A stretch of 64,000 nt of DNA. Origin: the human T2T-CHM13v2.0 reference genome, Homo sapiens. The notes below the pieces were generated by a model that made no database searches, was not told the origin of the DNA, and saw nothing but the letters and a program-made list of their open reading frames with translations. Of the stretch, positions 46,146 to 59,522 are shown piece by piece (within the stretch, counting starts at the first letter, position 1; each line of letters opens with the position of its first letter). The translations under genes were made by a program, and so were the position numbers. Location of the stretch: NCBI RefSeq assembly GCF_009914755.1, contig NC_060933.1; one strand, given 5' to 3'.

Positions 46146-47204
46146 TTATGATAGGTCAGACAGCATTGTGTAGTTATAAAATGTTTATTAAGGGGTATTG
46201 TTGTTACTACTATTTCAACTCTGAGTACAGATGATTTTGGAGCCCAAAAATAAAGTATTATGCTTAATGAGATAAACTTTCACTTAATCTGGATGATGAA
46301 GGTAAAAGTATACTAGTTTGCCAAATGAAAAAGATGAAATTCTTTAGATAATGAGACCTTTATTTCTCAAGATAGATCTTTAAACAATGTAAAATGTCAA
46401 AGAACCTAATCATCAGAGTTATTTTTCTACCTTCTTCAATAATGGGTCTGGAAATACAGAATGATTTAACTTTTCCTGTGTTGACAAGAGCAAAGTGTTT
46501 GGAAAGGGGAGCTGGGGGAGAGAACTGTAAGGCCCTGAACTCTTTACAATGCCCCAGCCCTGGTTATGCAGTCTGCCGAATTTTGATGAGAGAGCTGTAT
46601 TCCTGTAAGAGACATCATCGTCCAGATGTAGATGCACTGCCGTGATGTCCAAATAGGAAACAAAGACCACTTGGAAGTGGATACTTTCCTGAACTTACTG
46701 CTCTGATGAGGGGCCCTTCTTTTGAAGCAAAATGAGTCTTCATGTAGCTGAGAACTCTCTTCTCCTATCACTTTACAAACTCTATCTTCCCCCAAAGGCC
46801 TTTCCAAAGGAAGCAGCCAGGCTCAGTGGCCATGATGTTTTCCTGAAGGTATGGGAGATAGATTATCCAGTTAAAAACACAGTTATTTCCCTAAACCTGA
46901 CTTAACCTCTGCATATAACTGCCTGGAGCCTATTCAACGCAGTTGACAATTGCCTGCCCTGGGGCCTCCCTCTGTCCTGAAATTACCCATTTAAATCTTC
47001 CTATTTTTTTAATCCCTAATAGTCTGTGGCCTACTTTTTGTTGTTTACGTTTTGTATGTTTTTCAAAACCCCAAAGATTTGCTTCAAATTCTACTCATTC
47101 ATTTATTTTGTAAATAAATGCATTCATTCAATGTTGTCGTGAGTTGGGAGGGAGAAATGTCTGACTGTTCATTTTTCTGCCAAATGATTATATAGAACTT
47201 AATA

Positions 47205-47432
47205 GTATGCATTATGAATCAGACTGCTTGGGATTGAATCACAGGTCTGCCACTATCTATGTGACCTTGAGTAAGTTGTTTAACCTCTCTGCACCTCAGT
47301 TCCCATCTGTGAAATGGGGATATAATAATAACTTCATGGAGTTGTTGTGAGGATTAAATTAATTCATAAATACAAAGTACTTAAAACGGTGCCTGGTGCA
47401 GCTTAAGAGCTATAGACAACTTTGCTATTATT
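47205..47432 (+). mobile_element. MIR SINE
   Basis: tgtgaccttgagtaagttgtttaacctctctgcacctcagtt..gttgttgtgaggattaaatt..gtgcctgg. Confidence 0.88.
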
Positions 47433-50400
47433 TATCTAGTGATCTTAGCATGCCCCATTAGAATGGAAAGGGGTGGAGCTTCATAAATCTTTTTGAAGTG
47501 AGATCTTCAAGACATGGATGCTGATAGATGCCAGACTATCATGGATGCGAGTCTCAGCATCTGATGGGATAAGAACATGGTTTATCATTTTTGATCCTGA
47601 ATTTGAATAGGTAAGAGATGAGTAATGAGAAAAAAGAAGGGAGGAAAAGAAGTCTGCAAAATAGAGACTGAGACCGGGCAATATAAAGGGTTTGTAAAGC
47701 ATCTTGATAGTGAGATGTCTGGAGGAGATTTCTAAACGGGTTCTGTTCTGCTCTTTGATAGTTGTTTTGTTGGTGGCTATAGAGATTTTTTTTTCCCCCT
47801 GAAGCTCCTCTCCCCATTATTGTGTGAAGTTCACTCTTCTTGCAAATGTGAGTGGAGTTTTTAGAAATTCAAAGCAATAGTTGAATTTTTTCTCCAGCTA
47901 AGTCTTCTAGACTAAAACAGAGATACCCATCTAGAAACAAATATTGAGAGACAAGAGGTGCTGGGTTTTCTGAAAATTTGCCAAAGTACTGGAGAAGATG
48001 TCTACAGGCTGCACAGTTGGGGAGGATAAGAAGCTAATTTTGCTGAGATCTCAAAGGTCAGCGAGACCCTAGATAAAATCTAAACCAACATTTACTAGAA
48101 GCAGCTGTGTAGTAGTCATTTCCCAGAGGTCTGAGAATTAAGACCTATCACTAGCCCTTCTGTGTTATGTTAGCGAGTAACCATGTTACGTGCCTAGTTT
48201 AGGGTAGGATGATATTGATGGGTGGAGAAGTCAGAGAAGGGTCTGCTCCTCTCCTTGATTCATCCACTCACCCTCTTGCTTTGAACTTCTCCAAATGGCT
48301 GAGGTTTTAGACTTTACACTGGTGGAATTTCATATACAATCACATAATAGGCACATAAAATATATTTCATCTAATCTTTCTAACAGCCCCAAGAGGCAGA
48401 TCATACTGTCTTTTCAAAAAAAAAAAATAACAGTAAGGTGAGGAGATTCATAGTTATAGGTGTGAACGGGCTTTAGGATCTGATAAGCCGAAACTGGATT
48501 GATTGATAGCTTTGCCTGGTCCTATCTGTAGGTCCTTGAGCAAAGTATCTAACTTCTAGGAGCTTATATTTTCTCTGAACAAGGAGATCTTGAAGGATTG
48601 TGTAACAGTTACAACAGAGTGCCAGTTGTTGGAAAATACCTACAAAATGGTGGTGTTACTATTTTCTTATTCTTTTGCACTTTTTTTTATATCCATAGAT
48701 AGTAAATGCTCAACAATTCAGTGATGAAATTAAGTGAAATTATCTTCCTAAACTAGGCTACTATAGTCCTGTTAACTCCTGCGTGTAGTTTACAATGAAT
48801 CCTTGTGTCCCTTGTATGGAAAAATCTGCTTAATTTATCAGCTCTGCCAAGTTCTTACAAAAACAAAAGAAAAGGTGAAGAAGCAGAAAAACAAATGGAA
48901 GATATCCTTTCTGTAGTCTTTTACTGTTGACATAGATTTCCTCTGCAGAAGAGAAAACTATGGCTTTAAAACTGGGATGATTCATACTCAAAAAGAATCA
49001 GAGCTGGTCTGGTATGAGTTGGTTATGGACTGAAAGGGTTAGGTTATGTCAAAACTTTTCATGAGCTAGTACAAGCAGGATTCTCTTGTTTATTGTTATA
49101 TTTTAAAAGACATTCCAGGTAATAAAGAAAGAAACTCCCTCAGCATGTTCTGGCTTTGGGCCCCTGTCTCGGTCATGTTGGTGCGGCAATGGAGTGGGTG
49201 TCTATCTCCCAGATGTGTAAGTGCAGAATGGGTTGCAACCTGGATTCTTGATTGAGAAACCTTCTGTTCCTCTATAGATGAAGGTCTATTTCCTTCCTCC
49301 TGAGGCTTAAATGGGGAGGCATGGAAAGCCTCACACAGGACTGACCTGGATAAAAGGGTCTTTGTGAAGAGAAGGCAATTTATCAACTGCAGGGCCATTT
49401 CAGGGAATGATTTAACTGTGGTCACTGTGCTGTTCACAGCAACTTTACATCCACACCTATAGCCCCAACTTTGCCATCAATTTGCAAACACATACCTGAT
49501 GGACACCTATGCTGATCTGATGTTTTGGGGGGCTTTCTCTTGGGTTCCAAGTATTTAATTTTATTGCATTTGAGGAACTAGGAAGGAGGGAGGAAAACGT
49601 TTAAAAAGAGAGACATTTTTAGGGAATTTAGCCAATGTTCCAAAGAGCCATGTTGATGAAATGGAGCAGTTTAAGTGAAAACAAATTGAGTTTGGAAAAA
49701 AAAAAAAAATTTCCTCCACCCAGTGGCATTTGGAGCTTCCATTCTGAGTTACTTCTAACTTCCTGGAGCCACGTTTACTTTGCTGAGCAGACTAAATCAT
49801 TTAAGTTGTCAGCTTCTCCCTGTCCTTGCCAGACCTCACTCAAGGAATGCTTCCAGGGCCATGGGAGCTCACAAAGGCCTCAGTCTGCCTGAGTCACTCT
49901 CTGGGGACCACATATCCACAGGGCAAGTTTCTCTGTCCTAATTTAAGGCTTCTCAAAGTCAGGGGAGAGCCTTTCTGTTTCCATCCACAAAATAGGTCAG
50001 AAGGATATGATAATAGCGATAGGTAGAATTTTATTTAGCGTTCCTTGTGTGTAGCAAGTACCATGTTGAGAGCTTTATATTCATTAATTAATAAACTCTT
50101 CACAACCATCTGATATGGGAAGCTAATAATCTTCTGGTTTTATAGACATTCTTTTTTCTGAGAATCAGAACAAACAACTTGATCAAGATTATGCAGCAGC
50201 ATTGGGCTTCAAAACCAGGTGGTTTGTCTTAAACTTAGCTCCTAATACTCAGCTCTATTTCTCTGGGGACATTGGATGTTATTGCAGTTCCCCACCATGC
50301 AGCTCACTCAGCACCAGGGTATGTGCTGTATGGGGTGAGGAGAGGGGGAGGAGAAGGGACAGCTGTGATTCAATTAGCACAGGTCTCTGCTAATTGCAGA

Positions 50401-51295
50401 GAAGGAGCCTAAATTCTAGAGGGGAGACAAGTGTATGAACAAAATCATCAGAGCAGAGTGACAGAGTGTCTAGAAGTACTAAAGAGGGCTTAGTACAAAG
50501 TCTAGATGTACTAAGGAGGAATGAGCAATTAGGTCTTTCTCTGAGTAAGGAAGGGGCTTTGTAAAGGAAGACTTGAAGAGAAGATCATCCTTGGACAAGA
50601 ACTTCAGCATAGAAGAAGTTTATCTAAAACATGATTGACAACGAGACCAGCAGGGGCAAAAACACAGAGAGATGTGGACGAGAATGGTGTGGCAGATAAA
50701 TAGAAGGAGCCTAGAATTGCTCTAGTGTCAACTGAAAGGTAATAGAATGCTAATCAGTATCTATTTTTTTTGCCTCCTTTGTAATTAGGTGAAGCAGTAT
50801 TCTGATTTCATTTCTGGATGATAGAATAGGACAGGAAATTACATGCCCATCTACCAAGTCTGGCTCATCAACCCTTCAATAACTGATCCTTTTCCTTTCT
50901 CCCCATATTCTGGCAGACAAAGAGAACTCAGAACCCAAAGGACCCACAGGACCAAAGAAAACAAGGTCTCTGAATTATTGCCCCAGGCAATCACCCCTCT
51001 CTCAGTGGACACACTTTTATTGTGTTATGCTGATAAAATTTGGGGATTATTCATTCTAGTGCTTAGTCTACCTTTACTAATCATGGTGGTTGGGAAAGGA
51101 AAATGATCACTCAGAGCCTTATACATGGATTGAAGAGGTTAGGATTTATCTTTAAGGAGATTGAGAGCTATTGCACAGTTTTAAGCAACAGAGTGGTTCA
51201 GATCTGTGGCTCAGGATGTTTGTTCTGAATGCTGTGTTGTCTGAATGGGTTGGCGCTAGATGGTGGGAATGGGAGACATGAGTGGCTAATGGTCT

Positions 51296-51367
51296 ATCTG
51301 CGCTGCTCTCAAGGGTATGCCTAACTCCTACTCCATCTGCGCTGCTCTCAAGGGTATGCCTAACTCC
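51296..51367. repeat. Perfect 33-bp tandem duplication with a 6-nt spacer
   Basis: atctgcgctgctctcaagggtatgcctaactcc at 51296-51328 and 51335-51367. Spacer tactcc. Confidence 0.95.
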
Positions 51368-51449
51368 ATCATTTTATTCAATTTTTGTACACTGTGGACA
51401 TTGCATACAGTGGCATAAATGGATAAATGACTTCATCACTACCAATGAT

Positions 51450-51655
51450 TTTATGCCAGTCATGGAGCTTGGCATTGACGTGCATCATCTCCTTTAAAAC
51501 TTGCCAGAACTCAGGAGATAAATATCATGATTCTCCTCTAACAGGTGAGGAAACAGAAGCTTGGTCAGTTTGGGCAACTTCCTCAAAGACCTGCAGTCTT
51601 TAAATTCTTGAGCTGAGGCTTGTACTCAGGCTTCTGATTCCAGAGTTTATACTCT
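51450..51655 (-). mobile_element. MIR SINE
   Basis: acaggtgaggaaacagaagctt..gagctgaggcttgtactcaggcttctgattccagag. Confidence 0.75.
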
Positions 51656-51680
51656 TTTCATTAACCTGCTTGCTGAGTAA

Positions 51681-51990
<310 letters not shown>

Positions 51991-52939
51991 TTGAGTAACC
52001 TTTAAGTAAGAAAGTGCCTTTTGGGTTGAGTTTAACAATTTCCATGGTAGAGAATCTCTTCTGCTATATGCTGTTTACTTAGCTTCTGCCTAGTATATGC
52101 AGCAGCAGAAAATGGTTTCCCTTGTTGTAGGTCTAATGAGATTTAGAACACTTTGGGTCCTCAGATATAGTGAGCAAGATTTTCACTTCATAGATGAAGG
52201 AACTGCAGCCTAAAGAATTGGGAAGAAAAGGTTTATCCAGGCTTGCTGTGCATTCCTTCCTTTCTCTGGGAATTCCCTTGGAGAAGAAATCTGGCTGATC
52301 AAATCTCCTTGTAAACATGCTGTGAAGACTCTGGGGAAAACCACTAATGATATTTGTTAGTGGCAGTCTTTATCTTTGAGAGACTTTTAGCAGCATGAAC
52401 CTTACCCCCGTAGTAGAATTGTATATGGTAAACAAACCTGGAATCTAAGGATTCATGGGTAATGGCTTCTTGAAAAGTGTCAAGTAAGCTATGTAACTAT
52501 GGCAGGAGATGGAACTACTTCAGGGTTAAAAAAGCTGGCTTTCATTTCGTGCAAGTAATGTACTTGTGTACATCTTTTGGAGAACCATATGTTAAATCCG
52601 AATCAGACCAAGTCCTAATGTGGTAAGAAAAGGGCTGTGGAGTAGTATTGGCAGTCCTGGGCTTTTCCCTATGTTCCCTGTACCTTGTGATTACTTATAG
52701 CTTTGACATTATTAGTAAAGCTTGATACTTGGTAAAATATTTTATTCTTGTGGGTCTAATTTGAAAATCTAGCCCTTGTGTTATCTCCAACAGATACTGC
52801 CTGATCCAAGATCACAAAGTTGGGCAGCAATGAAAGATCTAATCTCAGACCTCTTCTCTCCTGTATCCCAAACCAGTGCAACAATGAGGTTTCCTCTGTT
52901 CCTACATATTTATTTCTACATCTTCTTACGTGGTTTAGA

Positions 52940-52983
<44 letters not shown>

Positions 52984-52990
52984 AATGATA
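52940..52990. repeat. (ATG)14 trinucleotide microsatellite
   Basis: Directly visible. It gives the poly-Met run in ORF 52820-53053. Confidence 0.97.
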
Positions 52991-53199
52991 AAATCAGCAA
53001 CTACCTTTAATTTACCTTACTATGTGTCAGACATAGTGCTTCTCATTATATAAAAACAGTATAAGCAACACATCTATATGTAAAAACTCTCACGTCGTGA
53101 AACATATGTATAGAGACCCTATCGGGTTAAACCTTATGAAACTTCTAATATGTATTTAACCTACAAAACAGGAATGTCATTTGGCTCAATCCAATATAA

Positions 53200-54290
53200 T
53201 ATGCCAGGTAGTTTAAATTAGGTGGACAAGAAAGGCCTCTGAAGATCTGAGATCGAACAACGGGAACTTGGCATATAAAAGTTCAGAAAAGAGAAGAACC
53301 TATGCAAAGGGAATCTTCTGCTTCAAGGACTCTGAGGATGGGACCAGGTGCAGTTTGAGCACTGAGAGTCCTGTTATGGCTGAAGTAGAGTGAGTAAGAC
53401 AGAGTGGTACAGGTTGAGTTGGGATGGGTAGACAGAAATAAGACCATTGAGCTTTGGAAGTAGGAGTAAAGAGTTTGAGTTTTATACTAAATGGGTTTTG
53501 ACTGGGGACAGAGAGGAAAAAATGAGATGTGATTGATTGATTGATAATTTATTATTTTTATAGATTTAGGGGGTGCAAGTGCAAATTTGCTACATGGATG
53601 TACTGCATTGTGGTGAAGTCTGGGCTTTTCGTGTACTCATCACCCAAATTGTGAACACTGTACCATATAGGTAATTTTTCAACCCTCATCCTCCTCTTGC
53701 CCTCCCACATTCTGGAGTCTCCAATGTCTAGTCTTCCACACTGTACGTCCATATTTACCCATTGTTTAGCTCCCATGTACTCATCACCCAATTAGTGAAC
53801 ACTGTACCATATAGGTAATTTTTCAACCCTTATCCCCTTCTTGCCCTCCCACCTTCCGGAGTCTCCAGTGTCTAGTCTTCCACACTGTATGTCCATGTGT
53901 ACCCATTGTTTAGCTCCCACATACTCATCGCCCAATTAATGAACACTGTACCATATAGGTAGTTTTTCAACCTTCATCCCCCTCTTGCCCTCCCACCTTC
54001 TGGAGTCTCCAATGTCTTGTCTTCCACACTGTATGTCCATGGGTACCCATTGTTTAGCTCCCACGTATAAGTGAGAACATATAGTACCTGACTTTTTGTT
54101 TCTGAGTCATTTCACTTAGGATAATGACCTCTAGCTCCATAATTTTATTTTTAAAGAGTTTCTCTAGCTGCCAAGTGGAGAATGGGCTATAGGGCTATAA
54201 AAGCGGCAGCAAGGAGACTATGTGGGCTGTTACTGTAGTGGGCAAGGCAACAGCCAATGAAGGCCCAGACTAGAGTGATAGCAATTGGAT
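53200..54290 (-). mobile_element. L2 fragment interrupted by L1PB
   Basis: gagtaaagagtttgagttttatactaaatg on the left continues as tttaaagagtttctctagctgccaagtggagaatgg on the right. Confidence 0.65.
53546..54140 (-). mobile_element. L1PB3/4-type 3' end containing three tandem 144-bp units
   Basis: gatttagggggtgcaagtgcaaatttgctacatggatg..gtggtgaagtctgggctttt. Units start at 53632, 53776 and 53920. Confidence 0.88.
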
Positions 54291-55689
54291 GGAGATAACT
54301 CTGCAGATGAGGGGTTTATTTTTGTTGCTTGTGACAGGCAAGTTCCCATGCTCCCTGGTAGCCACCTTATGAAAGGTCTTGTTGATGTTTCAGAGAACAT
54401 TTACAAACAACATCTCAGACAAGGCTGTGGAAACAAACAAGGGGTTTCACTCACTTACTTTGATGTCTGACTTGTGGATACAATACTGTAAGTTAATCCT
54501 CTCCTTTGTCTCAGAGAAGGGTTTGCTTTGGGTAGCTTAGAGCACTTGACAGGAGGCATTTTGTAGCAGCCCTATTACCCAAGGGGTATAGGAAAAGCTA
54601 CAGACCAGAACTGATATGCTCTTCTCTAGAAAATGAAACTGCTTCCAGATCCAGAGATAATTAGACAAATGTCTCACTGCTGCAGGGAGCAAGAAAGAAG
54701 GGCTACGATGGGCAGATTCTTGGCATAGCTCTTCAGGATGTACAAGGACTTGCCCAGTGACCAGGAGAGTAGGGGCCACTGAGGAAAACAGGCTAAATTA
54801 ATTGAATGATGGGGAGAAGGATGAGGAGGAGAGGAAAGGGAGATTGGAATCTGGGACTGCGCCCAGGCTGCCTTTGTATGCGAGTTCCCTAACAACGCTT
54901 TCTGAGGGAAGTCAGGGACTGACTGAAGCTTAATTCAGATTCTCTGAATGTGCCTTAAGGAGACAGACTGAGGAATGGTCTGATGAAATGCAGGGGAAGC
55001 AAAACTTGGCAAGGGCACAGTGGCAAATGAGCTGAGAATATGGGGGGAGATCCTGCCAAGACCCCCTTCCCCCCAGGACCACCCTTGGAGTATCCGGAGA
55101 AATCAATCAATTGGACGGGACTGGATGGCTCCCACAGAACAGCAGTGGGGGACCCCTGTGAGAGCTGGGGGTCTTCCATTTACAGACAGGATTTGGGCCT
55201 CAACAGAGCATTAAGATGGGTCAGTGCAGGCATAGGGGACGCCCTGAAAGTCTTGTCATATCCTGTGGATGACTCAATGGTGCCAAAAGCTATGCCCATT
55301 CCTGGACTGTGCCCAGGGAATTATAGTCTTGCCTCCCACTTCGTGTGAAGGCCCTGGGGCAGGAAGCGTGACATGGTTCCAATATCCCTACACTGGGGGC
55401 ATTTGTAAGAGCCTTGTAGAGAGTTCACAAAAATCATTAAGTCTACAAAACATCCCTTCCTGATGCCACCTCTTTCCTCTCTTGGGTATTTGTAGTATTC
55501 TTCTCTAAATATCTAGCTGGATACATTCGTGCCCCCACTTAGGCAGCCAAATCTTCATTCACTCCCTTCTGGGGTCGTCTGCCAGATTTGTTGAAATTAA
55601 AAGTTGGAAATAACTTGATATATGTAAACTTCCTCCTGCACCTCCTATCAATTTTATAACCAAATGTAAGAAAATCTTTTATAATATCC

Positions 55690-55890
55690 AAAGAGCTTTA
55701 CCCAATATATCTCTGCATCTCACTCAAAGTTTGTGAAGTAGCTATTATTATCCCCAACTGACTTGTGAAAAACAGGCTCAGAGAAGCAGAGGCCTGCCCA
55801 AAGTCACACTGTAAATGTCCTGAAACAGAGGGGCCTGGAACCCAGGTCTCCTAGTTTCTATCCAGCCTACTCACCCCTGTACAATGCTAC
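55690..55890 (-). mobile_element. MIR SINE
   Basis: ctattattatccccaa..aggctcagagaagcagaggcctgcccaaagtcacac. Confidence 0.8.
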
Positions 55891-55949
55891 CTTCATTATC
55901 TTACTTTTTATTCCACTATGTCAATGGGTAAAACAGAATAAAATAATAT

Positions 55950-56470
55950 TCCCTTGTTCCCATGTCTACCTAAATGTGGATGCAGTCTCTAGTATGCTTT
56001 CCTTGAACTCAGTGGAGACAATCTTTCATCTGGAAAAAATTCATTTTTTAAGGTTTCCAGTCTCATTGACTGCCCTCTCCAACCTCATACTTTCTGATCC
56101 AACACTACTACTCATAATGATTTAAATAAACCCCAAACTGTTATTTCACACTACTGCATGTTTCTTTGTTAAAGCTCTTTTCCCTATTCCAATTGTCCTT
56201 CTCTTTGAATAGAAAACTTCTATCCTTCCTCAAGCCCTAGAAATCTACCCTTGACCTCCAAGTAAGTCAAATGGGTTGTCTGATCCCATATCCCCTCTCT
56301 ATATGTACCTCATCATAGCACTCACTGGGCTCTCTTAGAATTGTCTCTTTAAATGCCTGGCCTCTTCCTCTCGCCCAGAAGCCACTTGGGGACAGGGACT
56401 TTCTATCTCCAGCATCTAATGCAGAATTTGACCAATAATTGCAGGTGCTTGGGAAACATTTATTGCCTTG
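55950..56470 (+). mobile_element. L2 3' fragment
   Basis: ggggacagggactttctatctccagcatctaatgcagaa..gcaggtgcttgggaaacatttattg. Confidence 0.6.
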
Positions 56471-56551
56471 ATCAGAAATCACAAACTGACAAATAGTTTC
56501 TAGTTATTAAATAATCATTTATCACTCCCAGAAATAATGCCATTGGAACTT

Positions 56552-56662
56552 TCTTATAATCTTGCATACAATAAAATATACAGATTCTAAGTATTCAGTT
56601 AGATGAGTTTTCACATTTATATGCATCTGGGGAACCACCACCTCAAAGAAGTTATAGACATG
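56552..56662 (-). mobile_element. Old L1M 3'-end fragment
   Basis: ttgcatacaataaaatatacagattctaagtattcagttagatgagttttcaca. Confidence 0.65.
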
Positions 56663-58204
56663 TTTTTTTTGTTGTTGTTTGTTTTCCTTGCTTCCAGCCC
56701 ACAAGAGCAGTCGGTTAAACACCTTGGCCAAGGCTAAGAATGTCAGTTTTAAATTAATATCTGAACATGAGCTGCCTCCTACAAGTATAAACCTTGGCCC
56801 AAGGGCCCACAAGGGCCACAGCCAATTGGCAGGGTCATGGTAAATGATGCAAAGGATGGCATCACTCTTTTCAGGAGAAATAGCATGGTTGGCGATGTAT
56901 CATTAACTGAATGACATTTTGTATCTCTTTCATTCGTGGTCACTGATCTGTGCAAAACCCTCCTTCCCTTGCTCTAAGCAGAGAAGCCCCAAAGAATCTA
57001 AATCAGCCAGGGACAGGTAAGTAAGCCCAGGGTCTTAAATCACCCATAAGTTTGTGGCCAGGTTTGCATTTGGTCCTGAAGGATGTATTTTCCTTTCATG
57101 GGTTGTGGGCCAATGTTTCTTTTCCTGCTGATTTATAGCCTCCTATAAATTAACAGGAGCCTTTCAACTGGGAACGCCACATCCCAAAGGCATGAATCTT
57201 CCGTAGGTAATTCCTCCCTGAGGAAGAAAGAGTTAGCTCTCAATTACATACAGCGATGGGGGTGCATGGTGGCTGAAATGATACAAATGCCACTTATATT
57301 CAAGTTGGAGCCTTTTCACAAAGTCACAGAAAGACACAGTGAGATTTGAGTCCCAGAAGCATAAAAGTCCCAGAGAAAGGGGCCTTGACATAGCTTTACT
57401 TGCATTGAATACAGATTTGTTCAACCCCCATGAGAGGAGAAATACTGAAACACCGGAAAACATTGTCTCCTCTCATAACATTTTCAGCTCATGGTGAAGA
57501 CGGACACATCCATAACTATACTACCAGCTAACATTTCCCACTCATTTGGAAATTATTTTTACCAATATTTTAGTGACTCAAGCATTCAGGGTCATAATAA
57601 AAGGGGAAAATGTACTAAATCACAATTTTTACTGAGTCTGATATTCAATTTCTTTGATTCATTTCTTCTTTATTTAATCAAATATTCACCAAGTATTACT
57701 AGGTACCAGACATCATGCCAGGGACTAGAAATAATGTGAAAAAAAAGGATGTTTTCTGCTCTCACGGGGTTCACAGCTGTGGTGGCTGAGGAACTGTGGT
57801 CTCTGCTCCCCACCAATTATACATCAGCTGGACATAAGTAAGTGTGCAGTAAAACAGAAATTTAAATTTTGAGGTAGAAAATTTACTTATGAATTCTATC
57901 ACTCTTAAATATATATATTTTGTATTGAGGGAGGAGAAAGTGGATTACAGTTTCAAAGAGGCATAACTAGGAGTCAGGAAGCCTGGCGTCTATTCCCAAA
58001 TCCTTTTCTCATTAGCTGGTGATTTATAAAAGTCATTTAAACTCAGTCCCAGTTCTGTCATATGTACAATTGTGTAAGGCTTACCCTGGAAGTTATAAAT
58101 TCTATGTGTTTTTGATCGGAATCCTTCACTGTACAATTTATTTGTTCTCTTATACATTCACCACTTATTCATTCATTCTGCTAAATAAACATTCATTTGT
58201 CCCA

Positions 58205-58684
58205 TGTGTTAATTTTAATGGCTACTATAACAAATTACACAAATTTGGTGGCCTAAAACATGAGAAATGTATCCTTTCCCAATTATTGGAGACCAAGAGT
58301 CCAAAATCAGTATTACTGGGCTGAAATCAAGTTGTCAGTAGGATGTGTTACTTTAGGGTGCTCTAGGGGATAGTGTGTTCCTTGCCCCTTTGATTTTTTA
58401 GTGGCTGTCTTTATTTTTTGGCTGGTGGCTGCATTACTCCAATCTCTGCCCCTGTAATCACATTGCTTCCTCTTCTGAGTGTGAAATCTCCCTTTGCCTC
58501 CTTCTTATAAGGATATATGTGATTACATTTAGGGTCTACCTAGATAATCCAGGATAAACTTTTCACCTGAAAAATTTTAATTAATCATTCCTGCAAAATC
58601 TCATTTTTGCAACATGAGATAATGAATAGCCACAGAATCCAAGCATGAGGATGTCTTGTGCAGGGATATTATTCAGCCTACCAC
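58205..58684 (-). mobile_element. MLT1D-type MaLR LTR
   Basis: ctataacaaattacacaaatttggtggcctaaaaca..ctgggctgaaatcaagttgtcag..gataatccaggataa..attattcagcctaccac. Confidence 0.88.
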
Positions 58685-58727
58685 TTCCTTTATTTATGTG
58701 TATGCCACTTTCTCCTCCCTCAACATG

Positions 58728-58730
<3 letters not shown>

Positions 58731-58788
<58 letters not shown>
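58731..58788. repeat. (TA)29 microsatellite
   Basis: Directly visible and uninterrupted. Confidence 0.97.
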
Positions 58789-58792
<4 letters not shown>

Positions 58793-59176
58793 AGAATGAT
58801 ATAATTTATAAGTAAATTTTCTACCTCAAAATTTAATTTTCTATTTTACTCCACATTTTGAGAATGAGTAAAGTATACAGGTTAATAATACAGACTTTGG
58901 AATCAAAAGAGTTTTGTCCTGAGTACTGTCTCTGCCACTTCTTATCTGTGATCTTGGGAAAAGTACTTGCATTATAATAATATGTGTCACATTAAATTAC
59001 ATATGTAAATTATTTAGTACAGTTAGTTCATAATATTAACTAATCAGTGGATATCAGAAAATATCAATATTAGGTATATATGTGGTCTAGATTTGGAGGA
59101 ACTTGTCCACGCCCCTGGCAAATTCAAGATATGGTTAAGAAATTGTGAAATAAACAGTTCCAATGAAATTCAGTAA

Positions 59177-59484
59177 CTTTTTTTTTTAAGAGATGGAACC
59201 TCGCTCTGTCACTCAGGCTGAAGTGTGGTGGATTATCATATGTGGCTTACTGCAGCTTCGAACTTGCAGACTCAAGCAATCCTTCTGCCTCAGTCTCTGG
59301 AGTACCTGGGACTACAGGCATACACAACCACACCTGGCTAATTTTTTTTTAATTTTTATTTTTGTAGAGACAGGATCTTGTTATTTTGCCTAGGCAAGTT
59401 TCAAACACCTGGCCTCAAGCAAACCTCCCCCACTTGGCATCTCAAACTGTGGGAATTATAGATGTGAGCCACCATGCCTAGCCT
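59177..59484 (-). mobile_element. AluJ-type SINE
   Basis: Highly diverged antisense Alu. TSD aa(a/g)ttcagtaactt. Confidence 0.92.
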
Positions 59485-59522
59485 AAGTTCAGTAACTTCT
59501 ATTAGCAAGGAAATGTCAGGGA

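Noticed and set aside
51250-51268. CTCF-like word gcgctagatggtgg
   Set aside because: It has several mismatches to the core motif and cannot be supported without ChIP data.
52820-53053. Poly-methionine ORF
   Set aside because: It is just the translation of an (ATG)14 microsatellite, with no promoter or splice support.
53632-54063. CRISPR-like array
   Set aside because: These are head-to-tail units with no unique spacers, derived from L1 3'UTR, in eukaryotic DNA with no cas genes.
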